64,000 bases of DNA from positions 65,763 through 129,762 of the forward strand of contig CANFHC010000007.1 in the NCBI GenBank assembly GCA_947446575.1, in the 5' to 3' direction. The position numbers and the translations under genes were made by a program. Every line of letters starts with the position of its first letter. Positions within the stretch are counted from its first letter, which is position 1. Origin of the DNA: Bacteriovoracaceae bacterium (GTDB taxonomy: Bacteria > Bdellovibrionota > Bacteriovoracia > Bacteriovoracales > Bacteriovoracaceae). Of the stretch, positions 47,287 to 57,634 are shown piece by piece. The notes under the pieces were generated by a model. That model worked only from the letters and a program-made list of their open reading frames with translations. It did no database searches and was not told where the DNA came from.

Positions 47287-47717
47287 TTTTTTATTTCAAT
47301 TGGAATAATAATATTTTGTGCGACACCTGCATCGGTAAAGCTTATGATGACTTGCCAATTCCCGTTCATTACAAACCAAGCATTTCCAATGAGAAAATGA
47401 TTTAATTCATCTAGGTTTTCAATAGAAACTGGTGCTGATCCATGTCCATGGCCATGCCCCATATCCATCCAAAGTTTTACTTTTACATTTTCAACGGCCG
47501 TATCATTGACAGAAAAAACATGCAGTACAAACTCGTTAGCGACTTGGGATGTAGGAAGAGTGTCAAATCTTAAGTGAGCACAAACTTTTTCGTTAGATGC
47601 TGAACAAAAATTTGGAGTATGAGTTCCACCTTCATCTGCAAAGGCAAAATTAATTAAAAATAGGGTAAAAAACATTACGATCAGCTTCATTAAGGACTCC
47701 TTGTATGATCTTTTCAC
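47283..47717 (-). CDS. Secreted putative periplasmic metal (copper)-binding protein, paralogue of 48363..48791
   Basis: It has a signal peptide and a ...WMDMGHGHGHGSAP... His/Met-rich motif. Its C-terminal β-rich region is shared with 48363..48791. Confidence 0.45.
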   Translation of the reverse strand: MKRSYKESLMKLIVMFFTLFLINFAFADEGGTHTPNFCSASNEKVCAHLRFDTLPTSQVANEFVLHVFSVNDTAVENVKVKLWMDMGHGHGHGSAPVSIENLDELNHFLIGNAWFVMNGNWQVIISFTDAGVAQNIIIPIEIKN

Positions 47718-47811
47718 GACCTTAATTTACGTTGGATTAAATCAATTGAGAAACAAAAAACATGGCACAAATCACATTTCTTTTCTGAGGAAAAACTGGT
47801 AAAAAAAACAG

Positions 47812-48357
47812 ATGAAAACAGTCATTCTTATAAGCTCAATCTTATGTTCATTGAGTGCCTTTGCTCATTTTTCGCTGGAAAAAATAAATGCGTTTTCTTT
47901 GAAGACAAATTCAAATGAATTAATTTCATTCAAAAATACACCAAGACCCACTGTCGTCATATTTCTTTCTAAAGACTGTCCGTGTTCAAAAGGAAACCTT
48001 GATTATATTAACCAGCTAAGTATTGAATTTAAGGATATTCGTTTTATTGGAATCCACTCAAAAAGAAATTCAACTTCAGAGGATATTACAGGCTACCTGC
48101 AGGATAAAAAATTAAATTTTGAAATTTATAATGACAGCGATTTAAAAATTGCCGACAACTTTAAAGCGCTTAAAACACCGCATGCCTTCATCGTTAATAC
48201 TGAGGGAGCTGTCGTCTATAACGGTGGTATAACCAACACAACGTTTCCAAAAAATGCTAAAGAATTTTTCTTGAAAAATGCATTACTGGACATAGAAAAT
48301 CACAAACAGCCAGCAATCGCCGAGACGAGGACCTTAGGCTGTTTCATAATGAGATAA
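47812..48357 (+). CDS. Thioredoxin-fold (redoxin/TlpA-like) periplasmic protein
   Basis: It has a signal peptide. The thioredoxin-like redox motif region (...VVIFLSKDCPCSKGN...) is atypical, C-P-C rather than CxxC. Confidence 0.5.
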   Translation: MKTVILISSILCSLSAFAHFSLEKINAFSLKTNSNELISFKNTPRPTVVIFLSKDCPCSKGNLDYINQLSIEFKDIRFIGIHSKRNSTSEDITGYLQDKKLNFEIYNDSDLKIADNFKALKTPHAFIVNTEGAVVYNGGITNTTFPKNAKEFFLKNALLDIENHKQPAIAETRTLGCFIMR

Positions 48358-48362
48358 TTACG

Positions 48363-48791
48363 ATGAAAACGATGATTTCTGTCATTTTTTTATGCCTCCT
48401 TTTTTCTTGTGGAAAATCCCCACTCCAATTAAAAAAATCAAATGAGACTTCAGGTATAGCTGGATTAGAAAGTAAAAAAGTTTTTAGCAGCACTAACCAA
48501 AGCCTTTTTTTAAATTGGCTATCTCCAATTAATAGCGCAGAAGAAGGCCATGCTCTTTTAATCGTTAAAAAAAATCAGTTTGCTTCAGATCTGCCTTCGG
48601 ATTTTAAAATATTTCTTTGGATGCCAGATATGGGACATGGATCAAGCCCTATCTCAGTTAAAAAAATAGGAACTGGTTTATATGAGTTTTCTCAAATTTA
48701 TTTTATTATGGATGGATTCTGGCAACTAAAAATTCAATTAAAGAATGGTTCGACACTTCTAGATGAACAAATTTTTGAGTACAACTTGTAA
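48363..48791 (+). CDS. Lipoprotein paralogue of 47283..47717, a putative metal-binding protein
   Basis: The lipobox is LFSC|GK. ...WMPDMGHGSSP... and the C-terminal ...MDGFWQLKIQL... are shared with the paralogue. Confidence 0.45.
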   Translation: MKTMISVIFLCLLFSCGKSPLQLKKSNETSGIAGLESKKVFSSTNQSLFLNWLSPINSAEEGHALLIVKKNQFASDLPSDFKIFLWMPDMGHGSSPISVKKIGTGLYEFSQIYFIMDGFWQLKIQLKNGSTLLDEQIFEYNL

Positions 48792-49693
48792 TGAAATTCA
48801 TTTTCCTTCTTACTTTTATTTTATCCTCTCAAGTTCTTCATGCATCTTCTTGTTGTGGGGGAGGCTCTAGCTCATCACTGATAATAACAGGCGATAATAT
48901 TGAAGAATGGAACTTAGGAATGAGTTACCGCAATGACCTCGGACAAACTGACAATCTGGGCTGGGCCAGTTTTCATAATGACGGAATCACTGATCACCAA
49001 AGTGCTCTTAATTTTCAATACCAACGCCAAATTATTGAGCAGTTTCAGTTAGCAGCAAAGTCTTCACTTATCCAAAAAACGATAGAAAAACAAAATCGTA
49101 AAGAAGTAAAAAATGGTTTAGGAGATCTAGAACTGCAAGCTAGTTTTGAATTTTTGCCTGAGTTCACTTATTCTGCTTATAAGCCACGCGGTTTTGTCTA
49201 TTCCAAATTATCTATTCCTAATTCTCGCAGTCTTTATGATTCTAAGTCTGCCATCTATAGTGATGTAAGAGGCTCTGGCCTCTATTCAATTTCAATAGGA
49301 TCATTTTTTCTCAAAAGATTTGCCAGCACTACTTTAAAAGCAGGTCTTGAAGCTCAACATCTTTTTGGACGTAGTTTTGATCAAAGTCACCTCAATGACT
49401 ATAATAAAATCATTCTTCCACTGGGGATAACTTATTCATTTGACCCAATGCCAATTTCACTGGGATTTAACTCTACTTGGAATTATCAAACAAAAAAACA
49501 ACTGACAGGTGAAATCAACACAACTTCTTCTAAAGAATATTTTTGGGAGTTAGGCACATTTATTAATTGGACTGTTAACAGAGAAGAAACTTGGGGAATA
49601 ACTTATTCAGACTCAACACTTGTGGGGAAAAATATTAACTCACCTCTTTATCGAAGTTTCTCCTTGAATTATACACACGCAACAGAGCTCTAA
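48791..49693 (+). CDS. Secreted hypothetical protein with an N-terminal CCGGGSSSS motif (possible outer-membrane protein)
   Basis: It has a signal peptide and a β-rich composition. It is translationally coupled to the upstream gene by an ATGA overlap. Confidence 0.4.
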   Translation: MKFIFLLTFILSSQVLHASSCCGGGSSSSLIITGDNIEEWNLGMSYRNDLGQTDNLGWASFHNDGITDHQSALNFQYQRQIIEQFQLAAKSSLIQKTIEKQNRKEVKNGLGDLELQASFEFLPEFTYSAYKPRGFVYSKLSIPNSRSLYDSKSAIYSDVRGSGLYSISIGSFFLKRFASTTLKAGLEAQHLFGRSFDQSHLNDYNKIILPLGITYSFDPMPISLGFNSTWNYQTKKQLTGEINTTSSKEYFWELGTFINWTVNREETWGITYSDSTLVGKNINSPLYRSFSLNYTHATEL

Positions 49694-50262
49694 TTTTTTT
49701 CCTGATAACTGTCCCAAAGCAATACTTTTTCTAAAATCGCGATCAAAGCATGATTTATAGGTATTTCTTTTTCTAAAAAATGAGGATCAAGTGTTTCAAG
49801 GTTTTTATTCCAAATTTCGATAAAGGGAATTTCACTTTCCGCGAAATTAAGATCCTCAGTAATTTGATTTGTATCTTTAAAAACTTTACAAATATTATAT
49901 TCGATTTGATTATTTTTCCCATGGCGAGCACTTATTCCAAATGCTCTACAAAGAAATGGACGATGCTCATACTCTCGACAACTGCCTAATCCTTTTTCTT
50001 CATCTGTAACTTTCAAGAAAAGACATCTTCCGTCTTTTTTTATTTTTGCCTCTTCTAAATAAACTTCAGCTTTTTTTGTAGCAAGTAAATGCAGGGCCAT
50101 GGGAATTAGTTCATAAGGCGTGCAAGATATTTCAGGATTAAAACAACACTTCCCACAGCCTGTTGGGCAGTGAAGATTGTTTTTCTTTTGAAAGTCTCCA
50201 AAGACTTTGGAGACTTCTTCATACTTGTTCAAAATAGAAAGCGAGAGCTTTTCATCAATCAT
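49690..50262 (-). CDS. YkgJ-family (UPF0153) Cys-cluster zinc/iron-chelating protein
   Basis: The CxxCxxCC motif reads CPTGCGKCCFNPE, and further Cys are conserved. It is the last gene of the phosphonate operon and overlaps the upstream gene by 4 bp. Confidence 0.6.
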   Translation of the reverse strand: MIDEKLSLSILNKYEEVSKVFGDFQKKNNLHCPTGCGKCCFNPEISCTPYELIPMALHLLATKKAEVYLEEAKIKKDGRCLFLKVTDEEKGLGSCREYEHRPFLCRAFGISARHGKNNQIEYNICKVFKDTNQITEDLNFAESEIPFIEIWNKNLETLDPHFLEKEIPINHALIAILEKVLLWDSYQEKN

Positions 50263-50265
50263 AAC

Positions 50266-51378
50266 TTAAATGATTTTTTTAACTCTTAAATACTCTTCAA
50301 ACACTTTTAGAAAATCTTCAATGTCTTGAGGATATATGGCGCCAATATTTGAAAGTCTAAAAGTATTAACATCACCCACTTTACCTGGGTAAATAGTGAA
50401 ACCACGCTCGAATAAAAAATCGTGCATTTCGTTAAAAGAATAATTAGGACTTTTTGGATCCATAATAGCTGTTAAAAGTTTGGCATGGTCTTTTTCTTCT
50501 ACTAAAAAAGTAAATCCAAGCTCTAGGACTCTTTTCTTCATAATTTCATACATTGAAGAGTAACGTGCAAATCGCTGCTCCGGACCTTCTTCAAAATACT
50601 CTGTAATGGCCTGTCTTAAAGCATAGAGAGTTTGAACTGGAGGAGTAAAAAGAAACTGCTTGTTTTTTTCTAAGTACAAATGATTTTCAAGTAGATTGAA
50701 ATAAAAATTACGAGCTTTAATTTCTTTAGTTTTAAGAAGTGACTTTAGATTTGCAATGACAAAACTGATTCCTGCCATTCCTTGAATACATTTATTTGAA
50801 GAAGAAACGAGGTAATGAATATTGTCTTTTTCAACATCAATCATCATTCCTGCAAATGACGACATTGCGTCCACAATTGTTTCAACTCTATACTTTTGAG
50901 CTAAAGTAGAAATAGCACTCATTGGATTTAAAATACCAACTGTCGTTTCATGATGAATAAAAGCAACATGAGATATTTCTCCCTGATGAGCTTTAAAAAA
51001 CTTTTCAACTTCCTTGAGATCTAGGGCCAATCCCCATTTTTGATTATAATCAATATGACCTACATTATAAGCATCACAAATTTTTTGCATCCGCTCCCCA
51101 TAAGCTCCATTATTTAAAATAAGAACTTTTTTATTATGAGGAACAACTGATGTTAGGCATGCCTCTACTCCGCCAGTACCAGAGGATGTGAGCATTACAC
51201 ATGTATGGTTTTTTTCACCATAAGCAGCTTTGATTAAATCATTGCGAACTGAAAGAGTTAATTCTCCAAACTCCAATTCACGAGGACATATATCTGGAAC
51301 GACCATCGCATTTTTAACTGTATCAGTTGTTGTCGCTGGACCTGGATTAAGGAGAATATTTCGTTTTGTCTGAATCAT
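50266..51378 (-). CDS. 2-aminoethylphosphonate:pyruvate aminotransferase (PhnW/AepZ-like, class V aminotransferase)
   Basis: The N-terminus ...ILLNPGPATTTDTVKNAMV... is typical of PhnW-type enzymes. It lies in an operon with ppm and ppd. Confidence 0.75.
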   Translation of the reverse strand: MIQTKRNILLNPGPATTTDTVKNAMVVPDICPRELEFGELTLSVRNDLIKAAYGEKNHTCVMLTSSGTGGVEACLTSVVPHNKKVLILNNGAYGERMQKICDAYNVGHIDYNQKWGLALDLKEVEKFFKAHQGEISHVAFIHHETTVGILNPMSAISTLAQKYRVETIVDAMSSFAGMMIDVEKDNIHYLVSSSNKCIQGMAGISFVIANLKSLLKTKEIKARNFYFNLLENHLYLEKNKQFLFTPPVQTLYALRQAITEYFEEGPEQRFARYSSMYEIMKKRVLELGFTFLVEEKDHAKLLTAIMDPKSPNYSFNEMHDFLFERGFTIYPGKVGDVNTFRLSNIGAIYPQDIEDFLKVFEEYLRVKKII

Positions 51379-51401
51379 TTTAAAACCTCTAAATTAATAA
51401 A

Positions 51402-53375
51402 TTACCAAATATGCACTCTTTTATCAGCGGGTAAAACCATAGGATCAGTGTCAAGGCATCCAAATGCTTCTTTGAACCCTGAAAAGTGTTTTACCACTTC
51501 ATTGACTCTTGCTACGCCTAACGAATGTGGATCAGATTTTAAACGTAACTCACGCACACCTGGAAGCTGAACTTCACACCATGAGCGGGCATAACTTAAG
51601 AAGAAACTCTTTTGTTCTTTCTTTAATTCTGCTGGATTGAATTTGTTATTAGCAAAAGCGGCATCATATGCTGCTGTTAATCCAACCAAGTCTCCAATAT
51701 TTTCGCCTAAAGTAAATTCGCCATTCATTCCCGCTTTAGAATATTGATCGATTAAAGATTTTGTGAGTTCCTTAAATTTCTTTAAATCAGAGGCACTCAT
51801 CCAATCGTAGAGCTTTCCGTCAGCATCGTATTTTGAGCCTTGATCATCAATCCCATGCCCTAATTCATGGCCCACCACCATTCCGACTCCAGCCAGATTT
51901 TCAGTTAAGCTGCTCTCTTGTGAGTAGAAAGGATATTGTAAAATCCCTTGAAGCATTGTGAATTGGTTATAAGAAGGTTGATAAAATGCATTAACCACAA
52001 GTGGTTCAACGCCCTCCCACGAACGAATATCTTTTAATTCACTAAAATATTTAAATTCGCGCACATCAACAATATCATTTCTTCTTTCAGTATTCGCAAT
52101 ATAAGCATTTTCCGAATAATCCGCTGTCGGATAAAATTTCCAGTCTTCTAATTTAGCAGGGGCCACTAAACGCATAAAGGCTGATGAAATTTTTCGTTGA
52201 GCTTCTTTTTTTGCCTTTGGTGTAAGCCATGTGTTTTTAGCCAGTGAAGCTAAAATACTTCCTTTTATTTTCTCCACCATTTCAGCTACTTTTACAGAAG
52301 AGAAATTAGGAAACATCTTAGGCAATACAAGATAATCAAATTCAACACCAAAGTGATTCATAGTGATATCAGTACATTCTTCTTCTAATTCTGAACGTTT
52401 ATTTTTGCCACCTAAGAATTTATTTTTAAAAGCAAAAGCTTTATCGTAGAAAGTTGGATATCCCTTATCTAGTTTAGAATATAATTCATAAAAAATTTGA
52501 ATGGTTTTTAACTCTTCTAAAGAATAATTTTTTACCACATTAGCTAAAAATGGCATTGTCTTTGAATTAAGAACTCTTATCTTTGTTTCTTTGGGAACTG
52601 CTTTTAAAAATTCGTTGAGCTCTAGCTCTGGAAAATTCTTTAGCAACTCTTTTTTAGTTGTAAAATTTCTTCGAGAATAGGCAATACGAGATTCTGCGGG
52701 AAATAATCGATTTTCTTGATTCTCCACTTCATATTTTACAATCGTCTTAGCGCGCTCCTCAGGATTACTCACTTCAATAGTTTTAAAAAAATCTATCAAT
52801 AAGACTTCTAAGGCCTTTATTAACTCTGGATTTTTTGCATAACTTTTTTCTGGAAGTAACGAATACCCCACGCCCATCATTAAATCTGATTTTTTTGGGT
52901 CATCAAAATTATCGACTGAATAATAACCAATAAAACCAGCATTCCCGCTGTGAATTCGTTTAGTTTGAGAGGCAATCCAATCTTTTTTTGTTTCTACTTT
53001 TTCAAGATCTAATAATTTTTTAGCCACATATGTAACTTCTTCTTTTGCTCGTGCCTCTTTATTTACACAAGAAAGATAATAATTTCGAATTTCGCCGCCA
53101 ATTGCATTTTCAGCAGGAGCTTTCGTAAGCTCCTTAATATAATTTTTTTTGAATTCTAAAATGCGTTCTGCTGAGTCGCTAAAAGCAAAAGTATGCTTTC
53201 TTCTATCTGCTCGAAGCTGAAAGCTTTCAATAACTTTAGAACAAGCATGTTCATAAAGATTTTCGCATGGATTAATCTTTTCATTAATGGGGAATTCTCT
53301 TCTAAGTGGAATATCACTGCTGGCAGCAAGAACAACTCCTGAGAATAATAATGAAAGCAAAAAATATTTTAACAT
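51402..53375 (-). CDS. M13-family (neprilysin/PepO-like) zinc metallopeptidase, secreted
   Basis: It has a signal peptide. The HExxH motif is VGHELGHGIDD, and the downstream ...GENIGDL... contains the third-ligand Glu. The length is 657 aa. Confidence 0.85.
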   Translation of the reverse strand: MLKYFLLSLLFSGVVLAASSDIPLRREFPINEKINPCENLYEHACSKVIESFQLRADRRKHTFAFSDSAERILEFKKNYIKELTKAPAENAIGGEIRNYYLSCVNKEARAKEEVTYVAKKLLDLEKVETKKDWIASQTKRIHSGNAGFIGYYSVDNFDDPKKSDLMMGVGYSLLPEKSYAKNPELIKALEVLLIDFFKTIEVSNPEERAKTIVKYEVENQENRLFPAESRIAYSRRNFTTKKELLKNFPELELNEFLKAVPKETKIRVLNSKTMPFLANVVKNYSLEELKTIQIFYELYSKLDKGYPTFYDKAFAFKNKFLGGKNKRSELEEECTDITMNHFGVEFDYLVLPKMFPNFSSVKVAEMVEKIKGSILASLAKNTWLTPKAKKEAQRKISSAFMRLVAPAKLEDWKFYPTADYSENAYIANTERRNDIVDVREFKYFSELKDIRSWEGVEPLVVNAFYQPSYNQFTMLQGILQYPFYSQESSLTENLAGVGMVVGHELGHGIDDQGSKYDADGKLYDWMSASDLKKFKELTKSLIDQYSKAGMNGEFTLGENIGDLVGLTAAYDAAFANNKFNPAELKKEQKSFFLSYARSWCEVQLPGVRELRLKSDPHSLGVARVNEVVKHFSGFKEAFGCLDTDPMVLPADKRVHIW

Positions 53376-53429
53376 CGTGTCGTCTCCAATAGAAAAGGGC
53401 CATCCGGCCCTTAGTCATAATTTATTTTT

Positions 53430-54587
53430 TTACTTTGACTGAACAAAATCAGCAAAACGCACACTCACTTCCGCGGGAGTGACTTTTGGTCTACCTAATT
53501 TTTCCGGTGAGCCTTTTTGAGTTTTTAAGTGAATAAAAGTAGCTCCATTATTGGCCTTAACTTCATTCAATATATTTTCAAATTTAGAAAGTAAGTCTGT
53601 AGAATAAACTTGTTCATATCCAAAGCCTTTAGCAATTGCACCGAAAGAAATTCCTCCCGTAACAGTACCTTGTCCGCCAGTTGAATCGTGAGCTTCGTTG
53701 TCGATTAATAAATGGACTAGATTTTTGGGTTTAAAAGCTCCAACTGTGGCCATAGATCCAGTTCTCATTAAAAGGGCCCCATCTCCATCTACAACAATTA
53801 CTTTTAAATTTGGTTTGCAAAGAGCGATACCAAATCCAAAAGCCAGAGCACATCCCATCGATCCCACCATATAGAATTGGTTTTTAAGATCTCCTACTTC
53901 ATAAAGTTCACGTCCAGTTTTACCTGTTGTTGCAACGACTGCTACTTCTTGTCCCAATACTTTTTGCATAACTTCTAAAACAGGAGTTCTAGTTGTGCGC
54001 TCTTTGTATTCCAATTCAAAATGGTCTGTGTGACTGATAGAAAAATCTTTTTTAGAAGGAGCTGGTTTTTTCTGAAGTTTATAATCAGCTATGTCATCTT
54101 TTCTCATGACAAAAACAAATGGTTGATGATTTTTTTTCATATATTCATCAGCTAATTTTAGAGCTGGTATAACTTCCGCGTCAGTCTGTGGAAAATAAGC
54201 CCACTTCAGTCTCATTGTCTCCAGCATTTCAGTAGTAATTTGTCCCATCAATTCATGTTGAGGCTCATCATGAGCTCCACCAGGTTCACCACGAAGAGTT
54301 GTGATAATCATCACTGGTAAATTAAAAGTGTAAGTTAAAGAGGTAATGGGGTTAACAGCATTTCCCAGTCCTGAGTTTTGAAACATAACAACCGCACGCT
54401 TGCCGGCCACTGTTGCTCCAGCAGCGATTGCAATAGCATCACCTTCGTTAACGCTATCGATGAAATCAAATCCATCGGTATCTATAACGTAATTAATGAA
54501 TGGTTTTAAATATGAACAGGGAGTTCCTGTAAAAAAATTAAACCCCAATTCGCGAGCTGGTGTTAAAAACTTATCTGCTGTTATCAT
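53430..54587 (-). CDS. ppd: Phosphonopyruvate decarboxylase (TPP-dependent)
   Basis: The N-terminus ...FFTGTPCSYLKPF... matches Ppd. The TPP-binding GDG...N motif (…VVDGDGALLM…) is present, and the gene lies adjacent to the PEP mutase. Confidence 0.85.
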   Translation of the reverse strand: MITADKFLTPARELGFNFFTGTPCSYLKPFINYVIDTDGFDFIDSVNEGDAIAIAAGATVAGKRAVVMFQNSGLGNAVNPITSLTYTFNLPVMIITTLRGEPGGAHDEPQHELMGQITTEMLETMRLKWAYFPQTDAEVIPALKLADEYMKKNHQPFVFVMRKDDIADYKLQKKPAPSKKDFSISHTDHFELEYKERTTRTPVLEVMQKVLGQEVAVVATTGKTGRELYEVGDLKNQFYMVGSMGCALAFGFGIALCKPNLKVIVVDGDGALLMRTGSMATVGAFKPKNLVHLLIDNEAHDSTGGQGTVTGGISFGAIAKGFGYEQVYSTDLLSKFENILNEVKANNGATFIHLKTQKGSPEKLGRPKVTPAEVSVRFADFVQSK

Positions 54588-54602
54588 ACGATCCTCTTAA
54601 TA

Positions 54603-56243
54603 TTAAAATTTTTGTCCACGTGAAACGTCAGCGTAGTTATCTACATCTAACCAGTGTCCATCTATATACATGACATTGATTTTTACTTTTTTCTCTAGAA
54701 GCTTGTTCATCAAGTCTGGCAATTTCATTTTGCTGAAACCTGAATCATTTGATAATTCTGTTAAAGTTTTCGATAGGACGTCTGAACCAACTTTATTAGT
54801 TTTAATCAATCCAATCCACTCACCTTGAGCTTCTTTATTATCAGATGCTTTTCCAAATTTAATTCCTTTTAGCTCAGCATTTTCAGCACTAAAAAGAGTG
54901 TGGTTATGGGCACGAGAGCAATTTACGAAGTCACCTTCGTATCCAGGTGCTCTGTCTTTTAAAGCTGCATCAACTACAATGGTGATATCGCCTTTTTCTT
55001 CTAACAAGCGAGATAAGATATATTTTCTATAAAGAATATCACCGTATGAAATTACAGTATGATCAACAATTTCTTTTTTAGCTAAAAACAGTGATGATAG
55101 CTCACTTGTCGTTTCAAAGTTATCATTATCAAAATATTTAATATTTTGAAGCTTGAAAGCTTCTTTTTTGTATCCGCGAACAATTGAGATATCTTTGATG
55201 TCATGTTCATAGAAATGATTGATTGATTGCTCAATTAACGGTTTCCCATTGATATCAATTAAAACTTTTGGTTTATCTTCAGTTAGTTCTTTTAACTCAG
55301 CTCCGCGAGATGCCGCTAAGAAGATTGCTCTTGGTTTGTCAGCATCAGCAACTGATAAATATAATTTTTCAGCTGCTTCAAGTTCTTTGTCATTTTGAAG
55401 ACGGAAAAGCTCAGCCACTGAAACGATTTTATCTTCAACATTCATTAATGATTGTTCTTCAAAAATAGTCTTTGTTACATTTTGCATCGCTGTTACGGCC
55501 ATTCTCATTTGGTGGTTGGCCCAAATACAAACAGAAATATTCGCTTCTCTAAATGCGTTTGTCGGAGTTGCATAATATTTAGTTGGAACGATTACGATTG
55601 GACAAGACTTGCTTCTTTCTCCCCATTCTTTCATGAAAGCGAGAATTTCATCTGGCTTAGAAATTTTTGAGTGCATAAGAATTCCGTTAGCACCAGCTAA
55701 GCGATAAGCTTCAGCTCTCTTCAACGCTTCTCCCATTCCCCAACCAGCGATTAAAGCTTCAACTCTCGCGATGATATTAAAATCATCATCAAGTTTTGTG
55801 TCTTGACCAGCTTTGATTTTCCCACAAAATTCTTCTATGTCGGCAAGAGGCTGTGCCTCTGTTCTTAAGAATGAGTTTGTTTTAGGGAAAATTTTATCTT
55901 CAATACAAACTCCAGCAACTCCACGTTGTTCTAGTTTTGTAACAAGTCTTCTCATGTTGTTGAAGTTTCCGTATCCAGTGTCTCCGTCGAGAAGAATTGG
56001 AATCTTTGTTGCATCACTCATGAATTCTACTACTTCTAAAACCTGAGTCCATGAAGCTTCGTTATTATCACGAACACCAAGTGCCGCTGAAATAGAAAGT
56101 CCTGATCCCCAAATCCCTTTAAAGCCAGCTTCTTCTGCGATTTTCGCAGACATCCCATTATGTGCTTCCATTAAAAATTCTAATTCATTACTCATCAACA
56201 TATTTCTTAGTTGTGTAGTTTTTTTAACTGTAGGTGTTTTCAT
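54603..56243 (-). CDS. pepM: Phosphoenolpyruvate mutase fused to a C-terminal nucleotidyltransferase domain (a fusion type described for phosphonate-cytidylyltransferase)
   Basis: The N-terminal 290 aa carry the PEP mutase hallmark ...[13 protein letters not shown]... (the EDKxxxxxNS motif). The C-terminal 240 aa form an NTP-transferase fold (...[19 protein letters not shown]...). Confidence 0.85.
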   Translation of the reverse strand: MKTPTVKKTTQLRNMLMSNELEFLMEAHNGMSAKIAEEAGFKGIWGSGLSISAALGVRDNNEASWTQVLEVVEFMSDATKIPILLDGDTGYGNFNNMRRLVTKLEQRGVAGVCIEDKIFPKTNSFLRTEAQPLADIEEFCGKIKAGQDTKLDDDFNIIARVEALIAGWGMGEALKRAEAYRLAGANGILMHSKISKPDEILAFMKEWGERSKSCPIVIVPTKYYATPTNAFREANISVCIWANHQMRMAVTAMQNVTKTIFEEQSLMNVEDKIVSVAELFRLQNDKELEAAEKLYLSVADADKPRAIFLAASRGAELKELTEDKPKVLIDINGKPLIEQSINHFYEHDIKDISIVRGYKKEAFKLQNIKYFDNDNFETTSELSSLFLAKKEIVDHTVISYGDILYRKYILSRLLEEKGDITIVVDAALKDRAPGYEGDFVNCSRAHNHTLFSAENAELKGIKFGKASDNKEAQGEWIGLIKTNKVGSDVLSKTLTELSNDSGFSKMKLPDLMNKLLEKKVKINVMYIDGHWLDVDNYADVSRGQKF

Positions 56244-56875
56244 ACAAAGGTTTCCTTATAAACATTAAATGCCATGTAGAGACTAAAAAGCACAATAAGA
56301 GCTCCGCAAGCACGAGAGAAATTAATAAAAAATCGTTCCGGTATTTTATTTTGATAACGAGAAACTATTCTTAAAAGTAAGTAGAACCATGAAGCCGATC
56401 CCATTCCTAAACCTAATGAAAGGCAAAAATAATTAAAGACCGTAGAATGAAAAAGTCCCCATGATTTAATAACGGCCGCAATTCCCGACATCGTTGCAAT
56501 CAAAGTTGGATTAGAAGAGTAAATGAGAACTCCCAAAAAAAAGAAGCTCGCCGTCTTTGGCTCTTTTTGCCCTTCATTGTGTTTCATATCGAAATTCTTT
56601 TTCCCCAATAATTCTTTAAGACCAAAACCTAAAAGAAAAAGGACTCCAACTATTTTTAAAATTAAAACCGTCTTGGCATTAAAATGAAAAAGAGAGAGAC
56701 CTGTCAGAATCACCATGAAGTAAACAAAGTCCATCAGCGATCCGCCAAGTGCGATAGAAAAGGCTGAACGGAAGTTATGTTTGATTAAAGTATTTACGAC
56801 CCATACGTTGATTGGACCAACGGGGATACAAATAAGAAAACCAACAATAAAACCTACGAGTAAAGCAATGATCAT
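56240..56875 (-). CDS. LysE/RhtB-type small membrane translocator
   Basis: It has six predicted transmembrane helices and an N-terminal ...[11 protein letters not shown]... motif. It overlaps both neighbours by 4 bp. Confidence 0.5.
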   Translation of the reverse strand: MIIALLVGFIVGFLICIPVGPINVWVVNTLIKHNFRSAFSIALGGSLMDFVYFMVILTGLSLFHFNAKTVLILKIVGVLFLLGFGLKELLGKKNFDMKHNEGQKEPKTASFFFLGVLIYSSNPTLIATMSGIAAVIKSWGLFHSTVFNYFCLSLGLGMGSASWFYLLLRIVSRYQNKIPERFFINFSRACGALIVLFSLYMAFNVYKETFV

Positions 56876-57627
56876 CTAGGCATACCTTCGAACAATCCTT
56901 TCGCTTTCTCTAAATCTTCTTTATTATCAATTTCAACCCAACGGTTATTAATCGTCCGATGAATATTCATATCGTGATTTAGAAGGAACTCGTTCATAAC
57001 GTGTTCCCAGTTTTTAGAAATATTTTTTTCTTCAGCTAAAAAAGATTTACAAGCAGCCAGCATGTCATCTCTATAATTTTTTGAAAATTTAAGAATCCCT
57101 ACCGCTTCACCAGCAAAAGTAAAACGCGTACGCTCTTCTTCGGTAACAGCTCGCTTATCGATCGTCATGCGGACAAATCCATCTTTGTCCAGCATAGCTT
57201 TGGCACATTCAATATCGTCGATTGAACTCTCGCCCACTAAAATTTGATTTGGTGATTTATCTTCTAAGAATCTTTTCAGTATCGCGGTATCGTAAATGAG
57301 ATCGGCATCAAACAGTAAAAAATCACCATGCGTTTTTTCTAGTCCGTAGTAAAAAGAATAAGTATTCCCTTTTACACGAAAATCTTCGTTGACTGCAAAA
57401 TGAATATCGAAGTCTGACTTAAATTTTTCTAAGTATGATTCAAGCACATCGCGTTTGTAACCAGTCACGACAACGACATTTCTAATCCCGACTGATTTCC
57501 AAGCTTCAAAATGCCAATCCATAAGAGGTTTGCCATTTACCATTAGTAAACTTTTCGGATTTTCTGTAATGTCCGCTATGCGAGAGCCATATCCAGCAGC
57601 GAGAATAAGTGCAGTATATTGTGCCAT
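56872..57627 (-). CDS. Stand-alone nucleotidyltransferase (LicC/MobA-like NTP-transferase family)
   Basis: ...ALILAAGYGSRIADITENPKSLLMVNGKPLMDW... is the G-x-G-x-R NTP-transferase signature. Confidence 0.75.
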   Translation of the reverse strand: MAQYTALILAAGYGSRIADITENPKSLLMVNGKPLMDWHFEAWKSVGIRNVVVVTGYKRDVLESYLEKFKSDFDIHFAVNEDFRVKGNTYSFYYGLEKTHGDFLLFDADLIYDTAILKRFLEDKSPNQILVGESSIDDIECAKAMLDKDGFVRMTIDKRAVTEEERTRFTFAGEAVGILKFSKNYRDDMLAACKSFLAEEKNISKNWEHVMNEFLLNHDMNIHRTINNRWVEIDNKEDLEKAKGLFEGMPR

Positions 57628-57634
57628 AAAATTA

